Positions 15,553 to 24,848 of a stretch of DNA of 27,238 nt are shown here, in pieces. The stretch's first letter is position 1. Each line of letters begins with the position of its first letter. The stretch comes from a virus. Lineage: Duplodnaviria; Caudoviricetes. The translations under genes were made by a program, and so were the position numbers. The notes beneath the pieces are model-generated. The model ran no database searches and was not told where the DNA came from. It saw only the letters and a program-made list of their open reading frames with translations. The stretch is from IMG/VR virus record IMGVR_UViG_3300005837_000293, positions 1 to 27,238 of that record, one strand, 5' to 3'.

Positions 15553-17151
15553 ATGGCAGATATTAAATACTTAGTCGGATTAGATATAGACGGGAATATC
15601 AATCTAAACACAAATGAATTACAGTTCGCATCGATACACCCGTTAGCAGCAAATCCATCTTCACCATCACCATCGCTTGGGCAAATGTATTTTAATACAG
15701 CCAATGACGAACTTCGTGTATATAACGGAACTGGTTGGATTGCAATAGGGCAAGACACCAATTATGACCATTGGAAGATTACAGATGGATCACAAACCGA
15801 TGATGTTGAATCTGAGGATGTAGTTAAGTTTGAGGCAAATAGTACGCCCGGAACAGCTGGAGTGGCTTTAACAGGGACCGGGACAATCAATGATCCTTTT
15901 ATAGTTAAATATACTTTTCCAAACGATAATACAGAATATACGGCTGATGTAGGGTTAACACTAAGCGGAACACAGTTTAGCGTTAATGTGGTAGACAGCC
16001 AAACAACTCAAGTACCACAAAACATAACAACCAACACAAATAGGTTGTATCAAGTTGAAACCGACGATGACGATATGCTTGTCGTTAATGTGCCATGGAC
16101 AGATGCTAATGATAATACAACTTACAATATAGCGTGGGATGAAAATAACCCTTCAGTTGATTTAGTTCTTACGCCGTCTACTGGAGCTGCAACAACACTG
16201 AGGATTGACGACACAACAAACATTCAATGGAGTACTAATGCTGCAGGTACAATCACTACTGCGTATTTAATTGATGATCCTGAAATTGCAGGTGAGTTAA
16301 CAGTTAATGGTACAGGCCAACATAGCTTTGCCGGTCAAGTAACAATACCTCAAACTCCAGTAGCAGGCACAGATGCAGCTTCTAAAGCTTACGTTGATAG
16401 TTTAGTATCTGGCGGGTTAACATTTAAAGGTACATTTAGAGCTGACAGTGGTTTAATACTTTCTGGAGCAAACTCTGGATCATATTTATATAATTGCCCT
16501 GGAGGCGCTGGAACAAGAGTTGCGGTTGCAGTAGGTGATTACTATGTAGTTGCAACATCAGGCGGTCAATTTTATTGCTCAGGTGATCAATTAGATGTTG
16601 GTGATTCAATTATAGCGGTAAGTGCTGCAGCGGCAGATTCATCAGTCGCAGGCGACTGGTCAATTGTACAAGCAGATGAAGGCGTTGTATCTATAGCAGC
16701 AGCAACAGCCAACGATCTTCTTGGTATAAATGTTGATCAGAGCACAGGAAATGTAAAAGTTGGATTAGATATAGATGGCTTAACTTGGGCAGGTAGTATG
16801 GTTACAGCCGATCAAGCTTCTATAAAAATACCAGTATTCGATGGTGATCAAGACGACAGAAACGAGTATATTGAACTAGCGCAGGTTTTCCAAACCAAAT
16901 CAACAAGTGTATTAATTGGAAATGGTTCTGCGACTAGTATTGATCTTCAGAACACTGGTGCAACAGGCGCTAATAAAAATCATGGTTTAGGAACTACTTC
17001 AGATGGTTTCATAATTCAACTTGTTGAAACATCCAGCGGGGAAACAGTACACGCAGAGGTAACAAGAAAAGCTTCTGGTGTGGTAACGATTGCATTTAAC
17101 ACTGCACCTGCGTCTAATGGTATACGTGTATTGATACAAAACGTAGGGTAA
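15553..17151 (+). CDS. Tail fibre-like protein
   Basis: GQMYFNT....LRVYNGTGW, P..GTDAASKAYVD, YTA..GLTLSGTQFSV; C-terminal HGLG...VTIAF..AP module. Confidence 0.75.
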   Translation: MADIKYLVGLDIDGNINLNTNELQFASIHPLAANPSSPSPSLGQMYFNTANDELRVYNGTGWIAIGQDTNYDHWKITDGSQTDDVESEDVVKFEANSTPGTAGVALTGTGTINDPFIVKYTFPNDNTEYTADVGLTLSGTQFSVNVVDSQTTQVPQNITTNTNRLYQVETDDDDMLVVNVPWTDANDNTTYNIAWDENNPSVDLVLTPSTGAATTLRIDDTTNIQWSTNAAGTITTAYLIDDPEIAGELTVNGTGQHSFAGQVTIPQTPVAGTDAASKAYVDSLVSGGLTFKGTFRADSGLILSGANSGSYLYNCPGGAGTRVAVAVGDYYVVATSGGQFYCSGDQLDVGDSIIAVSAAAADSSVAGDWSIVQADEGVVSIAAATANDLLGINVDQSTGNVKVGLDIDGLTWAGSMVTADQASIKIPVFDGDQDDRNEYIELAQVFQTKSTSVLIGNGSATSIDLQNTGATGANKNHGLGTTSDGFIIQLVETSSGETVHAEVTRKASGVVTIAFNTAPASNGIRVLIQNVG

Positions 17152-17177
17152 TAAAATAAATAAAATTAAATAAACTT

Positions 17178-19031
17178 ATGTCTGTAAAACATTTATCAGA
17201 TATTTTCGTTGACGGCAAAGTTGGTGTAAACAATTCGTCACCTAATGAAAAATTAGAGGTCGATGGGGCAATACGCGCTAATAGTTATAGTGCGAGTTTA
17301 ATATTAAATTCAACCAACACAACCGGAGGCAGGTCTACGGTATATGCGACAAAACAAAATGGCGCGATAAGTCCACCACAAGGATATATACAATGGAACT
17401 GGGGGCAGTTTTTAGAGTATTCCAAATGGGAGGTTCGTGATCCAAATACCCTGACTAATTATTCTAGCATACACTTACCGTATGGCAGCTCTGGAGGAGA
17501 CTTTGAAATTGACTTAGCCACAAACACAGCATTAGTAATAGGTAGAACTACACTAGATGTAGGTATTGATAATAATATATATCATTTAGGTGACACAGAT
17601 ACTAAATTTGGTTTTGTAGCAAATGACAATTTTGCCATAACAACAGCAGGTTCAGAAAGAGTAAGAGTAACATCAGGAGGGTCTGTTGGTGTTGGAACTA
17701 ACAACCCTGCTGAAAAACTTCACGTAAAAGGTAGTGGCGCTAGCACTAGTATAAAATTAGAGTCAGGCGTAGCGGGAAATACTATTTTAAAGTTTGAAAA
17801 TAACGGGGGTGGTAATGGCTCTTCAGGAGGCGAGTCCCATATATATTTTGGTACATATAATACGTTCCCTCAAGGGCCTGATCCTGATAGAGGTAAAATT
17901 TCATATTACCATAATCTCGGCTCAGGCTTGGGTAATGATTATATGTCTTTTACAACAAATAGCAATGAACGTCTTCGTATAAAAGGTGATGGCGCAATAC
18001 AACAAGGCAACTCATCTGCAACAGGACAATACGCCGCTGCTTTAAACCAAAACAACACAGCCAGCTCTTTAGACGCATTTGCTACTGGCGAAAATACAAC
18101 AGCGTCAGGTAGACAGGCTTTTTCGGGCGGCTTTAACACTACTGCTTCTGGGGACGCTTCATTTGCAGTTGGAGCTACAACATTAGCGTCAGCCAACCAA
18201 TCGTTTGCCGCGGGAGCGGAAACAAATGCAACCGGTATAGCCTCAGCGGCTTTTAATGCGTTAACAGATGCAACTGGTGTAAATTCATTTGCTATAGGTG
18301 GAAACACAACGGCAAGCGGCGAATCGTCTTTTTCGGCAGGCGTAGGCTCTACGGCAAGTGGCCTTGCTTCTGCTGCTTTCGGTTTATCGTGTAACGCTTA
18401 TCTTAATGGATCAATAGCAGGGGGTACAGTGTCAACCGCTAGCAATTATTGTATTGCATGGGGTGACAATGCAGACGCCACCGCTCCAGCTGCTCAGGCT
18501 TTCGGTTATTTAACTACAGCCGCAGCATCTTACTCTATGGCTGCTGGGTTCAACAATACCACTGGCTCTAATGCAAGTGCTGTTTTTGGCCAACAAAATA
18601 ACCTTAATACAACTTCAGTAAGATCTTTTGGCTCTGGATTTCAAAATAGTTTGCAGTCAGGTGATTCCGCTGTGTTTGGCTCTTTTAATGGTTTTACTTG
18701 GAATTTATCTACAACGCCTTCGAACCAATTCATGTTAGGTAAGTATCTAAACGTGCCAAGAGCAGGAACAAATGGAGCGGCAAGTGATTCTTGTACTATA
18801 GTAGGGAAGCACAATGACTATAATTATTTAGCAAACGCTGCCTTTGTGGTTGGTACAGGGGTGGGCGTCGGCGCAGAGGCTAATTCATTTACTGTACAAC
18901 ATGACGGTAATGTTTTAATGGAGCAAATAGTAAATAAAAACTATTCAAGTGACTCCGCGGCTGCAGCAGGCGGTGTGCCTGTTGGTGGTATATATCATAA
19001 CTCAGGAGATTTAAAAATAAGACTTACATAA
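17178..19031 (+). CDS. Tail fibre / receptor-binding protein with YadA-head-like repeats
   Basis: G.VG+G..NP.EKL.V and ER+RI...G fibre repeats, followed by many 14-aa TTASG..SFA.G repeats. Confidence 0.8.
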   Translation: MSVKHLSDIFVDGKVGVNNSSPNEKLEVDGAIRANSYSASLILNSTNTTGGRSTVYATKQNGAISPPQGYIQWNWGQFLEYSKWEVRDPNTLTNYSSIHLPYGSSGGDFEIDLATNTALVIGRTTLDVGIDNNIYHLGDTDTKFGFVANDNFAITTAGSERVRVTSGGSVGVGTNNPAEKLHVKGSGASTSIKLESGVAGNTILKFENNGGGNGSSGGESHIYFGTYNTFPQGPDPDRGKISYYHNLGSGLGNDYMSFTTNSNERLRIKGDGAIQQGNSSATGQYAAALNQNNTASSLDAFATGENTTASGRQAFSGGFNTTASGDASFAVGATTLASANQSFAAGAETNATGIASAAFNALTDATGVNSFAIGGNTTASGESSFSAGVGSTASGLASAAFGLSCNAYLNGSIAGGTVSTASNYCIAWGDNADATAPAAQAFGYLTTAAASYSMAAGFNNTTGSNASAVFGQQNNLNTTSVRSFGSGFQNSLQSGDSAVFGSFNGFTWNLSTTPSNQFMLGKYLNVPRAGTNGAASDSCTIVGKHNDYNYLANAAFVVGTGVGVGAEANSFTVQHDGNVLMEQIVNKNYSSDSAAAAGGVPVGGIYHNSGDLKIRLT

Positions 19032-19032
19032 A

Positions 19033-19353
19033 ATGGCAAATACATATACTTTAAAAATAATAAAATTAGACGTAAAGCTCCTAGAGGATGAATTACAAAA
19101 TATAGTTTATCAAGCTCAGTTTAAATATATAGCCAAATCTGAAGATGAGCAATACTCGGCAATAATGTCAGGCTCTTGCCCAATACAGGACCCGGATCCA
19201 GAAAATTTTATACCATTTGAAGATTTAACAGAGCAGATGGTAAGCGATTGGATATTAAATATAGTAGATTTTGGGCAATATCAACAAATACTTGATGAAC
19301 AAATAACAAAAAAACAATATCCAACTGTAGAATCTAAGAACGTGCCTTGGTAA
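19033..19353 (+). CDS. Putative tail-fibre-associated/assembly protein
   Basis: PDPENFIPFEDLTEQMVSDWI...P......PW motif; directly follows the fibre gene. Confidence 0.6.
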   Translation: MANTYTLKIIKLDVKLLEDELQNIVYQAQFKYIAKSEDEQYSAIMSGSCPIQDPDPENFIPFEDLTEQMVSDWILNIVDFGQYQQILDEQITKKQYPTVESKNVPW

Positions 19354-19358
19354 AAAAT

Positions 19359-19388
19359 ACCAGAAACACGTAATACATATAATATACC
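19359..19388 (+). promoter_or_regulatory. Putative class-2 promoter element
   Basis: ACCAGAAACACGTAATACATATAATATACC; followed by a TGCTC/GAGCA hairpin. Confidence 0.5.
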
Positions 19389-19432
19389 TGCTCGGTTTAG
19401 AGCAAACCAATAGTAACTTAAAACCAAAACCA

Positions 19433-19714
19433 ATGACACTATTTTATTCGACTAATACGTGGAGTAGTCAACCACAAATATCCGAAAAAACCAAAAACCT
19501 ATGGGAGCAAGCTTCTCAAAAGGCAAATTGGAGAATTGTTCAATTACCAAATGGATATTACCAAACAGAGTTTAAACAAGAAGACAATTGGACTGACGTT
19601 ACACGAAGAGAAACAATAGAGGGTGCAGAACAAGCTATTGATGCTTCGGTTGAACATTATTCTAAAAAATTAGAATTTGTAAACGGACCAAAAATTGTTA
19701 AAACTTTTGAATAA
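19433..19714 (+). CDS. Hypothetical protein
   Basis: 93 aa ORF with an A-rich leader. Confidence 0.75.
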   Translation: MTLFYSTNTWSSQPQISEKTKNLWEQASQKANWRIVQLPNGYYQTEFKQEDNWTDVTRRETIEGAEQAIDASVEHYSKKLEFVNGPKIVKTFE

Positions 19715-19722
19715 AAATAAAT

Positions 19723-19808
19723 TGCGACTTGCTCATGTCCTCAGCGTCGGTGTACTGGAAGGTGTTTAGGAACCGATGACAGTTCACGGGGCCTCTGTGC
19801 TCGTCGCA
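19723..19808 (+). ncRNA. Predicted long irregular hairpin upstream of groEL
   Basis: TGCGAC/GTCGCA, GTCCT/GGGGC and CGTCGGT/ACCGATG stems with a possible GGAA apical loop; GC-rich island between AT tracts. Confidence 0.5.
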
Positions 19809-19854
19809 TTGAATACGCTACTCGCGAAGAGTTAATTAAATTAAATTAAATTAA

Positions 19855-21408
19855 ATGGAATACAATAATCCGAGCGAAATAGTAAAAACGCTCACATTCG
19901 GCAGTGATGCTAAAAAACAAATTGTCCAGGGCGTTGAGAAATTATCAAATGCCGTAAAGAGCACATTAGGTGCTTCAGGTAAATGCGTAATATATGAAGA
20001 CGCCCTTGGTAAACCGGTGATTACAAAAGATGGTGTAACCGTTGCAGAAAGCGTAGTCTTATTACATCCGGTTGAAAACATAGGGGCAACCTTAATAAAG
20101 GAAGCTGCTAGCAATACTGTGAAAGAAGCTGGGGACGGGACAACAACATCAACTGTGTTAGCACATTCATTGTTAAAAATTGCAAACAAAAAATTAGATG
20201 AAGAAGAAGTTAGAGAACTTAAAGCAGGCATTATTAGTGGTGCTGAAAAAGTTAAAGTATATCTTGATAAGTCCAGTACTCAAGTTGAGGGTAAAATGCT
20301 TAAAAACGTTGCTATTATTAGCTGCAATAATGACGAAGAGCTTGGAACCAAAATTGGGGAAGCTTACGAAAAAGTTGGAAAAAATGGCGTCGTATTGATG
20401 GAAGAGTCTGATACAAACGAAACTTATGTTGAGTTTGTTGACGGTGTTCAATTTGACAGTGGTTTAAAATCCCCTCATTTAGCCACAGATACAAACAAAG
20501 GGGTAGCTGTATTGGAAAATCCATATGTGCTTATAGTATCTTCGCCAATTCCAAATATTAGAAGAATACAAAATGTGCTGGAGCATGTTATAAAGCAAAA
20601 AAGAAGTTTACTAATTGTAGCTGACGTAGAACAACAGCCATATGCAACTCTTTTAGCAAATAAAGTAAAAGGCAATATAAAAGTAAATATAGTAGACTTA
20701 CCTGGCTTTGGCCCAACTAAGCAACAAACAATTGAGGATTTAGCTTTGCTTACAGGGGCAGTAATAATAAACGAGGAGTTAGGGGACGATTTAGATCTTA
20801 TAGACCCTAATGTATTAGGTAACGCTTTTAAAGCTGTTACGGACGATAAAAACACTGTTTTACAAGTTGAAGAGGCTAATGAAGAAATAGCCTTGCGTAT
20901 AATTGATGTAGAAAAGCAAATAGAAGAAGAGACTAACCCATTTTTTAAGAAAAAGCTAGAGCAAAGATTGTCGATGCTTACTGGTCAAGTTGGTATCGTA
21001 TATGTTGGCGCAGATTCAAAAGTTGAACTTAAAGAAAAAAAGGATCGAGTTGAAGATGCAATATATGCTACTAAAGCTGCATACAAAGAAGGTATTGTTG
21101 CTGGAGGTGGTGTTGCTTTGCTAAATGCGTCTAAATTAATTACGCCTAAAAATAAAGGTGAGGAAGTTTTGCTCGAAGCTATTAAAGCGCCTTATAATAC
21201 TATATTAGAAAATGCTGGTATTAATATTGTCTACCCTCAAATTAAAAATAGAGGTATAGATGTTAAGACAGGTAAAGATGTTAATATGATTAAGGCCGGC
21301 ATTATAGATCCGGTATTAGTTACTAAGTCAGCGCTAAAAAATGCAGTAAGTGTAGTAACAACTATAATATCCGCAGATTGTGTAATAAGCAATAAAAGAC
21401 TAGCATAA
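19855..21408 (+). CDS. groEL: Phage chaperonin GroEL
   Basis: AVKSTLG, ITKDGVTVA, AGDGTTT, ELKEKKDRVEDA, EGIVAGGG and GIIDP motifs. Confidence 0.97.
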   Translation: MEYNNPSEIVKTLTFGSDAKKQIVQGVEKLSNAVKSTLGASGKCVIYEDALGKPVITKDGVTVAESVVLLHPVENIGATLIKEAASNTVKEAGDGTTTSTVLAHSLLKIANKKLDEEEVRELKAGIISGAEKVKVYLDKSSTQVEGKMLKNVAIISCNNDEELGTKIGEAYEKVGKNGVVLMEESDTNETYVEFVDGVQFDSGLKSPHLATDTNKGVAVLENPYVLIVSSPIPNIRRIQNVLEHVIKQKRSLLIVADVEQQPYATLLANKVKGNIKVNIVDLPGFGPTKQQTIEDLALLTGAVIINEELGDDLDLIDPNVLGNAFKAVTDDKNTVLQVEEANEEIALRIIDVEKQIEEETNPFFKKKLEQRLSMLTGQVGIVYVGADSKVELKEKKDRVEDAIYATKAAYKEGIVAGGGVALLNASKLITPKNKGEEVLLEAIKAPYNTILENAGINIVYPQIKNRGIDVKTGKDVNMIKAGIIDPVLVTKSALKNAVSVVTTIISADCVISNKRLA

Positions 21409-21668
21409 TGAAAGCAATAAACCATTTTGTAATAGTCAATAAAATAAAAGAGGCACCGAAGAAAGTAGGTGGCCTTGAATTAACAGAAAAGCAGGATAAA
21501 GACGTAAGATATATAAAAGGCGAAGTGCTTAGCGTTGGCGACCAAGTAAAAGAGTTGGTTTCTGAAGGCGATATTGTAAGATATGACAAGCATGCTGGCC
21601 ACGGAATTGAATGGCAAGAAAATCTGTATTACGTTATAAAAATTACTGATATAGTGCTTGTGGAATGA
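21408..21668 (+). CDS. groES: Co-chaperonin GroES
   Basis: MKA+N..V+V...KK.GGL.L...GEVLSVG...V..GDIV.Y...G......+....DI; adjacent to groEL. Confidence 0.88.
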   Translation: MKAINHFVIVNKIKEAPKKVGGLELTEKQDKDVRYIKGEVLSVGDQVKELVSEGDIVRYDKHAGHGIEWQENLYYVIKITDIVLVE

Positions 21669-22105
21669 TTTTAACGCCTTTAGACTTACAGCAAATGAAT
21701 TTACTTAAGTATTACAGGCTCATAAGAAAATGGGCTTGTAAAACTTATAATTTAAAAGATGCTGATTTAGAATTACTTATTTACTTAGATTGCAAAAAGC
21801 AATTTACACGTAATGATTTTATAGAAGGCGCTTATACCTACAGCTGGGATAAAAACCGGTGGGAACGTCTTCGTAGAGAAGGCTGGATAGATGTGTGGCG
21901 TGAGCGCAATAGAACAACAATGAAGTACGCAATATATAAGACTTCATTTAAATGTCAAACTCTAATTAAAAGAATATACAGAATAATGTTAGCAGAAGAA
22001 GATTTGCCAACGTCTGAAAGGAGTACATTTTACAAAAACAAAACATATACTGATAAAGTTTTTAATAAAGCTATTGACGATATGATTAAAGATAAAGAAA
22101 GATAA
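21665..22105 (+). CDS. Hypothetical protein, possible winged-helix
   Basis: YNLKDADLELLIYL...RL..EGWI.V......Y resembles a MarR-like wHTH. Confidence 0.55.
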   Translation: MILTPLDLQQMNLLKYYRLIRKWACKTYNLKDADLELLIYLDCKKQFTRNDFIEGAYTYSWDKNRWERLRREGWIDVWRERNRTTMKYAIYKTSFKCQTLIKRIYRIMLAEEDLPTSERSTFYKNKTYTDKVFNKAIDDMIKDKER

Positions 22106-22106
22106 T

Positions 22107-22259
22107 ATGGGACCAAAAGGAATCGGGCCTCAAAAATTAGGAGCCCCAAAATCACCAAATAAAATTTTAGGAGCTATAGCTGGAGCTATTGCAAAACCAT
22201 TAATTGGCAAAGCCATTGGAGGCCTTGCTTCTGGCCTTATAAACAGGAAAAAAGAGTAA
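22107..22259 (+). CDS. Small protein (50 aa) with a cationic Gly/Ala-rich amphipathic segment
   Basis: Own translation MGPKGIGPQKLGAPKSPNKILGAIAGAIAKPLIGKAIGGLASGLINRKKE; fills the gap exactly, with a TAATG overlap. Confidence 0.7.
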   Translation: MGPKGIGPQKLGAPKSPNKILGAIAGAIAKPLIGKAIGGLASGLINRKKE

Positions 22260-22636
22260 TGGCATTTAAGCTTAAGAGCATAGGTGAAGTATTCGGCATA
22301 AATGAAGAGTTGTCAGAATTTGGTAGACCTGTTTTTGAAAAAAACTTAGGCAAAAATATTATAGCTGAAGCCAATAGAGATGGGACAACTTTTATAAATA
22401 AAAATGTTTCAGCTAAACAAAAAAAAGAAGCAGTAGATCATGAAAACGTTCATCACGATCAAATGTTGCAAAATAGATTGCAATATAGTAATGAGGAAGT
22501 GATATGGAAAAAAGACACTAGGTCTCCTGCTAGAAAATATGAAAGAGTTGGTGGCGCTTTATTTAGTGCTGGCAAAAAATTAGAAGAAGGGCATGCTTCG
22601 TTTGAATGGGAAGACGAGGCATATAAAAATGATTAA
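22259..22636 (+). CDS. Putative zincin-like metallopeptidase
   Basis: HENVH (HExxH) plus a downstream WEDEAY carrying a candidate third ligand. Confidence 0.65.
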   Translation: MAFKLKSIGEVFGINEELSEFGRPVFEKNLGKNIIAEANRDGTTFINKNVSAKQKKEAVDHENVHHDQMLQNRLQYSNEEVIWKKDTRSPARKYERVGGALFSAGKKLEEGHASFEWEDEAYKND

Positions 22637-22637
22637 T

Positions 22638-22937
22638 ATGAAAGCAACACCTATAACACAAAAATGCAAAAGTTCACCAATGAAGATGAACATGGCCTTA
22701 ATAGAAGGTGATGCGCAGACTTTAAATAGATTTGAGGATTCAGTAGGTGGTATGATTAGCAAAGCTTTAGATAAAGACAAAAAAGATCAACAAGTAGCGC
22801 CTGAAAAAGCAGCAACGCCTGAACCCCCAAAAGTAGACTATACCAAAAAATTTAAAGATATGTCAGATGACTTGTCTAAAAAAGATTTTAATATAGAGAT
22901 TCCCGATCTTTCATCAACGATAAAAAACTTGCTTTAA
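22638..22937 (+). CDS. Hypothetical protein (99 aa, MKATPITQK...)
   Basis: Start re-assigned to the ATG after the preceding stop. Confidence 0.7.
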   Translation: MKATPITQKCKSSPMKMNMALIEGDAQTLNRFEDSVGGMISKALDKDKKDQQVAPEKAATPEPPKVDYTKKFKDMSDDLSKKDFNIEIPDLSSTIKNLL

Positions 22938-22948
22938 AAACTAACAAA

Positions 22949-23899
22949 ATGAATAAACCAATCACATCAAGAGTGCAGCACGCTACTGATAAAGGCATGG
23001 TTCGCCAACCGCTTTTAAACATGGGCTCACCTGTAAAACAAAAAGTAGAGCTTGAAAACAAAGCTAAAGAAACTATAGAACAAACGGATTCTTACCAAGG
23101 AGGTAAACTCGGGGTAAAAACTAAAAGAACAGTAGTTGAGCCCGGTAAACTTGTAAAGGGTAAAGAAATAACAAGAAATAAATCTTGGAACGACTTAAGA
23201 AAAGAAGGTTGGTCTGAAGAAAAAATTAATAAAGCAAAAGCGTGGAGAGAAAAAAATCAAGACGCCCCTAGAGATCAAGTTGGTACAGGAAATTTTGAGC
23301 CTGATACTTATACTCCTGGTTTTTCTAAAACAACTGAAGATTTTAGTTCTTACAAAGTTGCTGTTAAAGGTGACGCTAAGCGCCCATGGCAAAGACGCTT
23401 TGACAACAGAGCTATCAAGATTGGCGGAAGAGAAACAAGACAATCTGGAAATAAAATTGATAAGATCAATAGAAAATTAGATAAGTACGTAACAAAATAC
23501 GATTCTGACGGCGATGGCAAAATTAGCGATAGCGAAAAGAAAAGTATGAAGGGTGGTTTTCTTGGTCTTGGTAAGTCAAGAAAAAAGTTTGAAAAGCTTA
23601 ACAGAAAGCTTGAAGAAAACCAAGCGGAGTACAAAGGATTTAAAGGCGGTAGAGATGCTGCTATTGCTCAGTCAATACAATCAGTTGGCAAAGGAGGTAA
23701 AATTGATTTAGGAGAAAGAGACGCGCGATTGAGCGACGCTGGCGACTTTGATAAACAAAGAGAAGTTTTATCAAGCTCTAAAATGAAGCGTAGCCCATAT
23801 AAGATGATGCCTAAAAGCCCAGCTATGAAAGCGTTAATTGGTAATCAGAAAAATTTACCAGAAGCTTTAAAACAAAAAATCTTAAATTCAAAAGGATAA
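22949..23899 (+). CDS. Lys-rich hydrophilic protein, putative internal virion protein; one EF-hand-like loop
   Basis: 316 aa; DSDGDGKISDSE fits the DxDxDG...E loop; several SP.K motifs. Confidence 0.6.
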   Translation: MNKPITSRVQHATDKGMVRQPLLNMGSPVKQKVELENKAKETIEQTDSYQGGKLGVKTKRTVVEPGKLVKGKEITRNKSWNDLRKEGWSEEKINKAKAWREKNQDAPRDQVGTGNFEPDTYTPGFSKTTEDFSSYKVAVKGDAKRPWQRRFDNRAIKIGGRETRQSGNKIDKINRKLDKYVTKYDSDGDGKISDSEKKSMKGGFLGLGKSRKKFEKLNRKLEENQAEYKGFKGGRDAAIAQSIQSVGKGGKIDLGERDARLSDAGDFDKQREVLSSSKMKRSPYKMMPKSPAMKALIGNQKNLPEALKQKILNSKG

Positions 23900-23903
23900 T
23901 CTA

Positions 23904-24218
23904 ATGGCGTATATTCAACACAATTCGCCATTTAAAAAGAAAGGCGACGCTCCTTCTCGTAAAAAATCTAAAGGATATTATAATGAAGCAAAACCTACCG
24001 GCACGGGTGCTGACGCTGGCGGTGGGATGTCTCAAAAGGGAGTTGACAAATACAAAAGAGATAACCCGGGCAGTAAACTGCAAACAGCAGTAACAACTAA
24101 ACCCTCAAAATTAAAGCCAGGTAGCAAAGCAGCTAAACGAAGAAAATCATTTTGTGCAAGATCAAAAGGTTGGACATCTGAAAGAGGCAGAGCCGCAAGA
24201 AGAAGATGGAATTGCTAA
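23904..24218 (+). CDS. Small basic phage protein (DUF6321-like)
   Basis: GG+S.KGV..Y+R.NPGSKL....RRKSFCARS......ARRRWNC. Confidence 0.7.
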   Translation: MAYIQHNSPFKKKGDAPSRKKSKGYYNEAKPTGTGADAGGGMSQKGVDKYKRDNPGSKLQTAVTTKPSKLKPGSKAAKRRKSFCARSKGWTSERGRAARRRWNC

Positions 24219-24340
24219 AACATTTAACGGGTGCATGTGGCGAGGCCCATATAAACCTATATCATATTTTAATAATTAGTTTAATATTCTTAAGTTATGG
24301 AATCAAAAGGATTAGGAGACACTATAGAAAAGTTTACTAA
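24206..24340 (+). CDS. Small membrane protein (44 aa)
   Basis: Own translation MELLKHLTGACGEAHINLYHILIISLIFLSYGIKRIRRHYRKVY; overlaps both neighbours. Confidence 0.45.
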   Translation: MELLKHLTGACGEAHINLYHILIISLIFLSYGIKRIRRHYRKVY

Positions 24341-24440
24341 AGCTACCGGTATTAAAAAGTTAGCAGACAAAATACCTGGCGGCTGCGGTTGTGGTGAAAG
24401 AAAAGAAAAATTAAATAAAGCTTTTCCTTATAAAAAATGA
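24297..24440 (+). CDS. Small phage protein (47 aa; GLGD...CGC..R...LN)
   Basis: Own translation MESKGLGDTIEKFTKATGIKKLADKIPGGCGCGERKEKLNKAFPYKK; ATGA overlap with the holin. Confidence 0.7.
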   Translation: MESKGLGDTIEKFTKATGIKKLADKIPGGCGCGERKEKLNKAFPYKK

Positions 24441-24838
24441 AAAAGATATTAAGCTTGCTTACAGGTGGCTTAATCAAAGACGTTGGTAACGTAATTGATA
24501 AACTTACAACAACCGACGAAGAAAGATTAGCTGCTAAGCAAAAAATACAAGAGCTATTAGAAAAAGCAGATCAAGACGCACAGACTCAAATTACTGAGCG
24601 CTGGAAACTTGATATGCAATCAGATTCGTTCTTATCAAAAAATATACGACCGTTAGTATTAATATATCTTACGGTTATATTTACAGCGCTATCGTTTTTT
24701 GATGGCAACATTGGTGGCTTTCAAGTTGATGAAGCATATATACCAATATTTCAATCATTATTAATTACAGTATACGGTGCGTATTTTGTTGGGCGTACTT
24801 GGGAAAAAGCAAAGAAAACCAACAATAACAAAAATTAA
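24437..24838 (+). CDS. Holin (GTA 3TM-holin-like)
   Basis: RW..DM.SDS.LSKNIRP, followed by two hydrophobic helices and GAYF.GRT.EK. Confidence 0.8.
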   Translation: MKKILSLLTGGLIKDVGNVIDKLTTTDEERLAAKQKIQELLEKADQDAQTQITERWKLDMQSDSFLSKNIRPLVLIYLTVIFTALSFFDGNIGGFQVDEAYIPIFQSLLITVYGAYFVGRTWEKAKKTNNNKN

Positions 24839-24848
24839 ATTAAATAAA

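Noticed and set aside
19723-19808. Hammerhead ribozyme (CTGAGGA on the minus strand) or SRP RNA (GGAA loop)
   Set aside because: No correctly placed GAAA/UH core; lacks the SRP CAGG/AGCA internal loop.
19835-19854. TTAAA tandem repeats before groEL as a special repeat
   Set aside because: Similar A/T-rich leaders precede other genes (17152-17177, 24835-24848), consistent with SD-less translation initiation regions.
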